Positions 50,618-61,121 of a stretch of 64,000 bases of DNA are shown one piece after another. The position numbers were made by a program, and so were the translations under genes. The stretch covers positions 1,240,001 through 1,304,000 of the forward strand of contig CP089275.1 in NCBI GenBank assembly GCA_023920165.1. The letters are read 5' to 3'. Source of the DNA: Curvularia clavata (lineage: Eukaryota). The first letter of the stretch is position 1. Each line of letters starts with the position of its first letter. The notes beneath the pieces are model-generated. The model worked only from the letters and a program-made list of their open reading frames with translations, was not told where the DNA came from and ran no database searches.

Positions 50618-52753
50618 ATGTCGTCGCCTTTGCCGGATTTCCTTTCGTCCCAATTTTCCATTACATCGCCGCGTCGCACTCCCAAATCCAAGTTCACGTA
50701 CAAACAACTACACCAACTTAAATCCTACAGCACGCAGACCCCGCTTCGTGTGATTGCCCATGTCGATCTCGACGCATTCTACGCCCAGTGCGAAACAGTT
50801 CGTCTTGGAATCGATCCCTCCAAGCCCCTTGCTGTTCAGCAATGGCAGGGCCTCATAGCCATCAACTACCCCGCTCGCGCATTCGGTCTTAGCCGTCACG
50901 TCACGTCAGCTGAGGCGTTGAAGCAATGTCCTGAGCTTATACTGCAACACGTTGCCACATGGAAGGAAGGGGATGAGAACTGGGCATACCACGAAAACAG
51001 TTTCCGTGACATGGCAACACATAAAGTCAGTTTGGACCCATATCGCAAGGAAAGCCGCAAGATTCTGAAATGCATCAAAGAGAGCCTGCCGGACAACGAA
51101 CAACGTGTGGAAAAAGCGAGCATTGACGAAGTTTTCATGGACCTCAGTGCACAGGTTCACACAACACTGTTGGAGAGATATCCCGAGTTGAGAGGGCCGG
51201 CGCCCTATGACGACCCGACGGAGCCGTTGCCAAGAGTTCCAACAACAGTACTCGACTGGGCAGCTGACGCCCTTGTCGGAACGGGCGAAGAGGATGGAGA
51301 GGATAAAGATCCAGACTGGGACGATGTGTGCATGGTGATTGCATCTGAGATTGTTCGGGACGTGAGGAAGAATATCAAAGAAACACTTGGTTACACATGC
51401 TCTGGTGGTGTTGCCAGAAACAAGATGCTTGCAAAGCTGGGGTCAGGATACAAGAAGCCAAACCAGCAAACCGTAATTCGAAACCGCGCAGTCAAGCATT
51501 TCCTGTCAGATATGAAGTTTACAAAAATTCGAATGCTTGGAGGCAAGTTGGGCGACGAGGTCGTCTCCACTTTTGGCACAGACAAAGTCAAAGATCTCAT
51601 GGAGCAGCCATTGGATCAACTGAAGAAGCTGGGTGACGACACCGGAAGCTGGTTGTACTCCATCATCAGAGGCGAGGACAACAGCGAGGTGAACCCACGG
51701 ATACAGATAAAGAGCATGCTATCAGCAAAGTCCTTTCGCCCCGCCATCAACTCTTTTGAGCAAGGGGTGCGCTGGCTGCGCATTTTCGTTGCAGATATTT
51801 TCTCAAGATGTGTGGAAGAAGGTGTTCTGGAGAACAAGCGGCGACCGAAAACCATCAATCTTCATCATCGGCAAGGTACACAGACACGAAGTCGCCAAGC
51901 ACCAATCCCCCAGGGAAAGCCTCTGTCTGAAGTAGTCTTGTTCGATCTTGCGAAGAATTTACTAGCACAAATTGTCGTCGACGGAAGAGCATGGCCTTGC
52001 GCTAACCTCTCATTAAGTGTTGGCGGTTTCGAAGACGGCATCACGAACAATAAAGGCATCGGCGGCTTTTTGGTACGAGGCGAGGAAGCAAAAGCCATGA
52101 TGTCGGCAGGCAGAGCGATAGGTGGTAGTAGTGAGCCACCAACAAAGCGAAGACGAACGAAAGGCAACATTGCAAACTTTTTCGGCCCTCGGGACGAAAA
52201 GAAAAACGACTTTGATGCAGCGAGAGCAGTCTTACTAAAAGCACATGCCGAGTCCACCAAAGACGAGTCAGAAGACGACATGGGTCCTCCAGAAGATGAG
52301 GACATCGTATCTGGACACGATGAGCCCACACGGCCATCTACGCCACCTCCCAATCAAGAGAGCCCATACGCAGACGCATACATGCCCAACACACCACCAT
52401 CAGCCCAACCGCAGTCAGTCTCGCGCTCTCCCCTTCACGACACCAAAACCCCTCTCCAACATCACACAAACCTTTCTTCCTCCTCTCGACAAAAAACAAT
52501 CGATACCTACTTCTGTCCCCGGTGCAATATCCACCTGCCGCCTCACGAGAAGCCTGAGCACGACGATTACCACTTTGCTCTCGATCTGTCGCGCGAAATG
52601 CGCCAGGAAGACCGGACAGTCACACTACCGCCGTCTGTGGGCGCAAAGAAAGGTGCGGGTGCATCGAAACCTTCTAGAGGACGCGGGAGGCCGCCTGGTG
52701 GGGAGGGCGTGGAAAAGGGGCAGGCTAGGTTGGCTTTTGGAAAGGGTTCGTGA
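50618..52753 (+). CDS. RAD30: DNA polymerase eta (Y-family translesion polymerase)
   Basis: Motifs IAHVDLDAFYAQCE, AVQQW, IAINYPAR, ASIDE and KPNQQT, with a C-terminal UBZ-like finger CPRC...EHDDYHFALDL. Intronless, 711 aa. Confidence 0.96.
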   Translation: MSSPLPDFLSSQFSITSPRRTPKSKFTYKQLHQLKSYSTQTPLRVIAHVDLDAFYAQCETVRLGIDPSKPLAVQQWQGLIAINYPARAFGLSRHVTSAEALKQCPELILQHVATWKEGDENWAYHENSFRDMATHKVSLDPYRKESRKILKCIKESLPDNEQRVEKASIDEVFMDLSAQVHTTLLERYPELRGPAPYDDPTEPLPRVPTTVLDWAADALVGTGEEDGEDKDPDWDDVCMVIASEIVRDVRKNIKETLGYTCSGGVARNKMLAKLGSGYKKPNQQTVIRNRAVKHFLSDMKFTKIRMLGGKLGDEVVSTFGTDKVKDLMEQPLDQLKKLGDDTGSWLYSIIRGEDNSEVNPRIQIKSMLSAKSFRPAINSFEQGVRWLRIFVADIFSRCVEEGVLENKRRPKTINLHHRQGTQTRSRQAPIPQGKPLSEVVLFDLAKNLLAQIVVDGRAWPCANLSLSVGGFEDGITNNKGIGGFLVRGEEAKAMMSAGRAIGGSSEPPTKRRRTKGNIANFFGPRDEKKNDFDAARAVLLKAHAESTKDESEDDMGPPEDEDIVSGHDEPTRPSTPPPNQESPYADAYMPNTPPSAQPQSVSRSPLHDTKTPLQHHTNLSSSSRQKTIDTYFCPRCNIHLPPHEKPEHDDYHFALDLSREMRQEDRTVTLPPSVGAKKGAGASKPSRGRGRPPGGEGVEKGQARLAFGKGS

Positions 52754-52931
52754 GGAAGGTTGGGAAGGAGTGTTGTATGATTGGGGTTTTTGAATGTTTT
52801 ACTTCCTGGGTATGAACGTGGTATTATGATTATCATTTCTTCGGGGAACTCTTCTTACTTTACTCTTGACTATGAACTTTTCAGTCAAGATGCTGCTTCC
52901 TCAATCAATTACAACATCCTTCACTTCTCTC

Positions 52932-54846
52932 CTACACAACCTCAAACTCCAGGCGTATCCTCGGCACCTCCGTGCTGCCCTCGGGCATGGTGTACGTAAA
53001 GTTCCAAAATTCAAAGTCGCTAAATGAATGTTAGCTTTTCTTTCTCCTTACTTCATAACTCCGCGTTATAAAACAACGACAAATATAGGGAAAGTAGATA
53101 GAGGGAGACTTACTTGATCACCTTGCCCTCCCCCCCAAACAGCCCATTAAACGTCACTTTGTATTCCAAATCCACCGTGCCCGACACATTCCTCACCTTA
53201 AGTCCCTGCACATCCTCCCACCTCTCCACCGTCCTCTTGGCCCCCCACCCATTCGTCGCCACCAAAAACGAAAAGCCATTTTCCGCATTGCCATTCGGAT
53301 ATGTTAGGTCCAGAACCCCCGGCTCAACAACAGCTTTCAGCGCCTTGGTCTGTGCATACAGACTCATCCAGCCCACGCTTGCGTCTTTGCCTGTACCGCG
53401 AGACCACTGTACCACCGCAGGGTTAAAAGAATTCTGATTGATGCTGGGACCGCCGACGACATTTTCAGAGAAGGTAGTTGCGCCAATGGTCAAGTTGGGG
53501 GATAGCCACGAGGAGATGTTGCGCGGGTAGGTGTCGTAGGGGGGAGAGAAGGCGGAGGTGGAGACGGAGTGGGTGCCGGGGAAGGAGAAGAGAGAAGATA
53601 GGGTATCGGCAGGGACGAGGGAGTTGTGATAAGGGGCGAGGATTGCGATGAGAGGGGAGATGGCGAAGTCGTCTTTGTGGCCCATGGCATAAGGCTGCCA
53701 GGTGTTAGTTGTTGATTGTTCTCCTTTGTGTGTGGGGGAAACATACCTTCTCATTAATCGGCGCCTTCTCCTTCCCCACCAGGGTCCACATATGCAGCGC
53801 CAAAATACTCAAGTACCGATTCATGTCGAATCCGTACGAGCGGTCCCACGGGCCAGCTACGTTTTTCAAATTCGCATTGTATAGCTGGCCCAGCACGCTC
53901 CACGTATCGCGTATCATTTGTGGTCCATATTTGCCCATGATACTTTCCTCGGGCTTCAAGTACTTTGCCCATAGCGTGAGTGCATACAGAGACACGCCGG
54001 CGTACGTGCCTGAATTGAATTCAGACAGCGTGTTGTCGCGCGTGAAGAGGTCGATAATGTCTTTGGCGTAGGCTTCGCCTGCGGTCGTCATGTTGGCGTC
54101 GTTGAGGCGACGGCCAATGTATCCAGATACGAAGGCACGCATAATGGATGGATTGCTGTACGCGGGATACAGATTGTCGTCGTCAACACCGCCGACGCGG
54201 TAGCTGTCACCGATGGTGGTGTTGAACAAACTCTCAAGCATGTAGGCTTGTGTGTCTTGAGGAAGGAGATGTGGGAATTCCTCAAGCATCAAGACAAACG
54301 TGGTACCAATAAAGCCACGCCAGTTCGGGTCCCACGAGTTGTAGATGGAAGCTGGGTACTGCGGAGTTCCGACATAAGGTTCTTCGGGGTACTTTTGGTA
54401 GTCGCCGAACCTTGGGGTTTGTGTGTTAGTGAAACGGTACTTTGTAGTTCCACGAGTCTCGTCTGAAAAGCATGTCGTTCCCCAAGACGGTAAGAAACTC
54501 AACGACTGCTACCAACGTACCACTGCTCACTCTCATTCTTAAACTGCCCTTGAATAATGTTCGTCACAATCCGAACCGCCTGGTCTACATCGTCGTTCTT
54601 GTTTCGTGCCAACAAGCCCGCAGCATACCAAGCGCTCGACCTCGTATCATGCACCAGCGCAGAGGCATCCAAGTCGAACAGATAGCCCCTTTCGCTGTCA
54701 TAGTACATGTCCATCCAGTCCATTGACTCCTGCAGCAAGTTGGCCGTGAAGCCCGCCGTGTCATTGCGTGGAACGAGGTCGCGTGCTGCGAACACACATG
54801 GTGCCAGAATGGCCGATGCAGCCGTCAGCCTCGAGAATGCAATCAT
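52932..54846 (-). CDS. Secreted protein of unknown function (WDPNWRGFIG family)
   Basis: Signal peptide; motifs HDTRSSAWYAAGLLARN, WDPNWRGFIG, LSEFNSGTYAGV and AGPWDRSYGFDM; N-glycosylation sequons. Three introns join ORFs 54499-54846, 53705-54502, 53110-53754 and a last exon ending at TAG 52934-52932. Confidence 0.85.
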
Positions 54847-56459
54847 GTCGGATACAAGAGCAGAAAAAAAAGCGACAAAGCGATCTTCACATCACAAGAA
54901 AAAAACGGTCGCGCATCATGGCGTATGTGTATGTACCTGCATACATACATAAGGGCTTGGTCCAATCGGTCCAAGCAACCAAGGAATACGAGGACCTTTA
55001 CCCGACCGAGGCCGTTACTTGGAACGAAAGGAGGGGTTTCGGTACTTGATACGGCGAGATAACGGCTCCCTGTTTCCTATCTGTACATTGGGTTGTAGAT
55101 CTTGGTAGTAGGTAGCATTGGCACCGGATAATTTTGTAGTTGGTGGTCTAGGTAGTTCGAAAGAGGAATGTCACAATGCATGACTCGTGTGCTAGGAAAA
55201 CGGTGACGAGACGAAATGACCAACCACATGTCTCGGACCACGGACCTTTGGGGGACACTCAGGTTTTTGCCATGTTATCTGGCGAGACTATAGCATTTTT
55301 GCATCCGTGCAAAAAATGATAGACGCACGCACGCCCGCTTAAGGGCCGACCCGCCCAAAGCGATAAGATGGTTGGGCCCTTTTTTTTTCCGGTCGAGATA
55401 CGCAGTACAATCGCCACGATTTTGACAAGCACGTGTCGTTTAGTCACGTGCTTGCTGCTAGCGTGCATGCATAAACCCTTGTACACGCCTTACAAGCTCC
55501 ATCCTGGTAGACTAATCCAATGTGGCCATCTTCAAGTCATGCGAAGCGCAACCGAGGTCGAGTGTCAGCATGAAGGCGTGAAGGGAAGCTGCCAGACAGA
55601 TTGTGCAGACAATAAAGTGGACTTCGCAGCGTTGACGCAGATCAGCGGGCGGGCATAAAATCCGATGTTTATCACGAGTCATTGCAGCGCGTGCTAAGGG
55701 TGTGGTGAAAACCTTAAGCCAACTCAGGTTGCTCCGGTCAAGGACACGGCGCAGACAAACACGAAAGGATCGCAAAACGATGGAGCAAGTCAGGGTAGTC
55801 AAACAACACAGCAGAGTGATCTGCACTGGCAATTGGTTTATGCATGCTCGTTTTGCATGTGTAAATAACCGTTCATTCGTTAACATCGATATCGCAACGT
55901 CCAGGTCGCAGGTATATACATTGCATGGAAAGCAAGATCCGGGAATAGATGCAACTACCAGGATAGCCATGGCCATCATTGCAATGAATGTCCTGCTGGA
56001 AAGAGGTGGAAAATCCCATGGCAATAAATGGTTGCGCACACACCCCGCTAGTCAAAAAAGCCTATAGATGAGGAATGAGAGACGCCGCCCAACTTCCCAG
56101 ATAACATACACATGAACATCAAAAACGCAAAAAGGAAGAGAAAAAAACCAGATGGACAAATTTCCATGGGTGATTCCAACAGCGTGGAAGATGAAATGGC
56201 TCATGGCTTCAGATCCTCAGGTTTGATAAAAACGGTTCTCCATCCGGATAGGAAATTTTTTTGTTGGAAATGGATTAACTCCCGAAGAGGGGTTCGGAGG
56301 GGAAACTCCCAGAAAGACGGCAGATGGCCCATTAAAATATTAGGGGGTGGCCAGACTCCAGAGCACCATCCAGCAGCTTGGAAAGAAAGGGTATCTATCT
56401 CCTGGCTCTCGGTAGATGGAGGCGGGAACAACAACAAGGCCCAAAGATAGCAGTCACGT

Positions 56460-57520
56460 CTATCTTGTACTGTACCTGGAGGTGCCAGACTGTGGGTTGC
56501 GTGACGCCTGAGGTTGTTGTGAGATGGGATATTCTGCGCACAGCTTGTTAGTTGTGTGGTGTGCAGTCATGAAAGTTACTTACGCCGACCATCCGAGGCA
56601 ATGTAGTAGCCTGGAGCGGCTGCTGTGGCACTACGGAGGGGCTTAGCGATAGACCAAAAAGGGCTCGTCATAGTAACCAAAATACCTTGAGGCAGCGTAG
56701 GGAGTGGACTGCGAGGGCGCCTGGCGTCCATAGGGATCAGGAGTGGCAGCTGGATATGCAGCGTAGGGGGATTGTGCCGGGTAGTCCCGTCCTCCGGGTT
56801 GGGGGTATGCCGAGTAGGGGTCCGCCGGTGATGTCCTGGGCGCAGCGGCCGCGGGCGAGGGCTGGTAACCCGGATGTGAGCTTCCATAAGTGGATGTGGG
56901 TGTAGTGGTGTAGTGAGGGTCGCTGCTGTAGCTGCCCGAGCCGTATGCGGGAGTCCTCGAGGCCGTCGATTGGCGCGTCTGGTCGTAGGGGTCGGCTGCG
57001 GCGTGCGAGGAGCCATGGTCGTAGGGTTTTGTCGGACCCCAATGCTGGCGAGCAGCATGTGTGCGAGAGTCCTGATAAGCCACTAATGAAGCGTTAGGGC
57101 CGGCTGATACCTTTGTAGTGCGCACTTGTGGACTGTGGCTACCTCCGCGGCCCGTTTCGCCGGGCTGTCTTTCCTGCTGCCAGCGTTGGGAATCCATTTT
57201 CAAGTCTTGTATCATTTGCTGTGGTGAGCAAGTCAGTATTGTGCGTGTGGGTGCGTGGGTGCGCGCGTGCGCAAGTCTGGCAGACATACCGATGTGAGGG
57301 TGCGATACGCCGTTATCCAGTAGCCTGCCTGGCCCTATGCAGCATGTCAGTATTGCTCGGTAACGTATTGGCGGCGTATTCAAGTGCGGACCTGGTATTC
57401 TCCGGTGCCTGTGCCAGGCCTGACGAGCGCATCTGGGCCCAGATAGCGCTGGATGTCGGCCGTGATTACTTCTCGGGCGATGCCATCTCCAGGCACAAAC
57501 CACTGATTTGCGCGCGACAT
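56460..57520 (-). CDS. rfeG: RfeG-like regulatory protein
   Basis: Spliced N-terminus MSRANQWFVPGDGIAREVITADIQRYLGPDALVRPG...GYWITAYRTLTS^QMIQDLKMDSQRW matches the RfeG signature. Tyr/Pro/Gln-rich tail; four or five introns; stop TAG 56462-56460. Confidence 0.85.
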
Positions 57521-58239
57521 GGTTGGTAGTGGGGGAGATGGATATGTGAGGTGATGAAAAGAAAGATGACGCTGTCGTCACTGCCAGAAGGGGGGGAGGG
57601 GGGTGGAGTGAGCCAAGCTATGGGAGCTAAGACAGACAAAGAGGGCAGCTCAGTGGAGGGGAAGCCAGGAGATTGTCCAGAAGGATGCAACAGAGACTAG
57701 CCACGTCGGAATGACGGTGCAGCAGCAGGCTTGGGTTGAGTCCAGAAGAGGGAAGCTATCAAGTCCAAGGGATGTCCAGGAGAGCTGATGGAAGATGCAG
57801 CGGGCAGGAGCGGGGAAGAGGGATTGGACCAATATACCGGCACTTGGGAGGCGTGTGGCCTGTAACAGAGTGGACCTTTTGACGGCGTGGCTGCCGGAGA
57901 CCGTTTTTGGATACCGTAAGAGGATGGGATGGGATGGATGCAGGTTCCTGGAGATGGGGGGGTGTGTGTGTGCCCGAGGATCACGACAACAGGGAGATCC
58001 GGGTGGATACTAGAGACTATGCGAGAGGCGATATTGCGCGCTTTCGCAGGCTACGTTTGCGACGAAGGATGAAGAGGTTGCGACAGAGCCGCAGGGTGAG
58101 GGAATGGGCGCAGTGGGTGCGGGGTGATTGGCCGATGATGACAGGCTCAGCAGGCGCTGGGCGCAGATATGCACGTCAGTCGGTTGGGGGAAGGGGGGAG
58201 AAACAGGCTGTTCGGGCAGCAAGGTCGCGAAGCAGAGAG

Positions 58240-58362
58240 CTTGTTGGTGATGGTGGTGGTGGTGATGATGTCGACTGGGTGCAGCAGCAGCCGTGGTAGT
58301 GTAGTAGCAAGCAAGCGGACAGGCAAGCAAGCAGGCAGGCGGGCGGGCGGGCAAGCAGGCAG
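58240..58362. repeat. Compound microsatellite (GGT/GAT)n and (GCAA/GCAG/GCGG)n upstream of rfeG
   Basis: ttgttggtgatggtggtggtggtgatgatg and gcaagcaagcaggcaggcgggcgggcgggcaagcaggc, read directly. Confidence 0.7.
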
Positions 58363-61121
58363 AAAGAGAAGGAAAAGACTAAAAAGGACGGGCGCCCGGA
58401 CGGCAGGCGAACTAGTAATTATTCGCGTGGGCTCGAGGCAAAAAAGGCCCCCATAGAAAAAGGCTTCTTGGGTAGCAAGCGCAAAATGCGTGCGTGTGGG
58501 GACAGCAGACAGGGCCCTGCCATGGCGCCGCTTGGGCATCAACTCAACCACCCCGACGCCTGACGGTCAGCACCGCACTGCACCGCCTTTTGCGACGAGT
58601 CACCAATCGACTAAAGTAGACTTTGAGATGGTCGCCCGCGGTATCGCCTCGTCGTGCGTACCATCTGTCCGTGGCCTTCGGGCCCAGCCGAGCGACAGAT
58701 TCGGCCATGGGTTGGTGACACATTGGCTCTGCTCTGCTACTCGACCGAGCCCACCCACTGTGCCCGTCGCCGGTACAAGCCGCACTGCCAGCCCTAGTGA
58801 CGTTGGACGCTTCACCGACAGCGTTCCAGTGCGCTCCAGCCCCAGCGACGACGCTGCTGCGCTGCCTATAGGATCTCGTCCCTCCTACCGCGACAATGCC
58901 ACCCACTCGTGCTGCTCCCCCGTCGTGGCCGCTTGCTATTAGTCGGCCTCAGTCCCCCACTGCCCAACTGCACTGCACGCCCACGCTGCCGCCCATCCTG
59001 CCGCCCTCATCGTCAGGTCAGGCACCAGGTGATGCGTGACGCGCCCGGCGCAGTGTCTACATATGCCATATGCGCCATGGGCCATGCGACGTCAACCATG
59101 CCATGGCTCGGGCTAGCCACAAGCACGTGACCTCGCCTGCCACCATAACCGCACCCTCTCGTCATGCCATGCTCTGCTGCCCAAGCCTTGCATCCCATAC
59201 CACCACCCACGTCACCCACGTCACCCTTACACTCGCTCCCGTCGCCGTCGTTTGCCCGTATAATCGCCGCCGCGAACCTCTCCAGGGTTTTTCGCTGTTG
59301 TCCTGCATATTCGACACACCTACTCGCTTCACCAAAAAACACATGGAACACCCCGTCCAAAACAGGCGCCTGCACAACTCACAATCGCGACCTCTGCACT
59401 CTGCCCTGCCAACACCTACACCGCATATGTACCACGGGCTTGGCCCGCTCCCAGATACCACCCTTTGTTCCCTGAGACCCCTTTGTCCCAAGTCCGCTGC
59501 TCTCTCTCAACCTTAAGCCCTCTCACGTGGCCGGAGCCTCCAGCTTCCGTCATCTCACCCGCTCCTTGGACACCCTCTTGGGCGCCGATGCTACCGACGT
59601 GTCGTACCCGGCCCGAATGCTCCCGGAGCATGCCTTCCCCATATGCCGCGGGGTTGCTGAGGGTAATTGCTCAGTAAATTGCCTTGATAACTGGCCACGC
59701 CCAAACCCTCGACCCAACACGCCTCTTTCTGCTTTCCTACTCGATATGGATTTCCCCGCCGGCTTGCATGCTTTATCTTGAGCAAAATGCACCCTCATGC
59801 TAACCTACAGTACTATATCCCGCATTCGAGCACTTCTTGAACACTCTCTTCGTTATCTATACCTGCCGGCCGAGAACAAGACCAAGCCTTGACAGGAACC
59901 GCTGGCCGTCGTTACCCAGGCACTGGAGCCCAAAAAAGGCCGATCGCTAGTCGACTTATCCTCCACACCAGCCGTATAATGACGTTTGGCCAGCGGCACG
60001 AATCCCCAGATCCCGTCCAGCTGACGTATTCACACATTCCGCTTGAAACGTCCTTCTACATGCCTATTTTGTTTGCCGGCGCGAAGAGCTCCATCTCACT
60101 TGGTTGGCATGTTCGGCACGTACGTGATAAGTCCACGACGCGACGCGCCCATCGCTGCCCGAGCTCATCCGCCTCACCGCTCCATGAGCGTTCTTGCCTC
60201 GAATCAGACGCTGACCATTATATCTGCCTCTAAGCTTAACCGTCATGCAGGCATGTGCTTGTTACCCAGGCTCTTCATTGGCCTTTTGACAAACTAAAAA
60301 ATGATCGATTAGGTAATGCTGTATTCATTGTCAAACCCAACTTCTCCCGAACCAGGAGACTTGGTGCCCGAAAAGGGGGTGTGTCCCGTGACTAACAAAC
60401 TCGTGAGATGTGTAGGTAAGAATGCTGAAGATACGGGGGAATAGAGGAACATGGTAGAAGGAGAAGAAGAAGGTTTAAATATTCTATCATCTATCATAAA
60501 ACAATCAAACTTGAGTTTTGTCTTCAAATCAAGTCCTGTAAAACTTGATCAGATCGTACCTACATATCTCTCTCTCTGTCCATTCTCGTTACCCCCACGA
60601 GTTCCAAACTCGTACATGCACAAATTCCCTCAATCATTTCCCTGGATATTACTACTTCCCCCGCCCTTCCATCAATCCATCCATCCAATCATTACAAACC
60701 ACATCCATCAATCCTCTCTCGCTCTCCGCGCGCTCATGTGTGTATTCCATATTCGCAATTTCGTTGTAACTAAAAAAGAACCTCAACAAAAGGGGGGTAT
60801 CTGGGGCATTGGGTACTGAGGGGTATATCTTTCATCTTTTTCGTGGTACTGTTCTCCTCTCTCACCCTCAAAAAAAGGGGTGGAGTGGAAAGTGGAAGAG
60901 TGGAAAAAACAAACATAACGTAAGGTCTGTGTAGACCTCCTTTCATGATAATAAGAAAGAAACAAAAAAAAGGGGTGGGGGTTTGAGGGCATCGCTATTC
61001 ATTTTTCATACGCGTCGTCAATTTTTGCGTTTTTTTTTTTCGTTAATCGGTTCGATGGTTTGTAGATTCCTTTGTTCAATCTCGTCAGGGGAACAAAGAA
61101 AGAAATAGGCATGTCGAGCAC

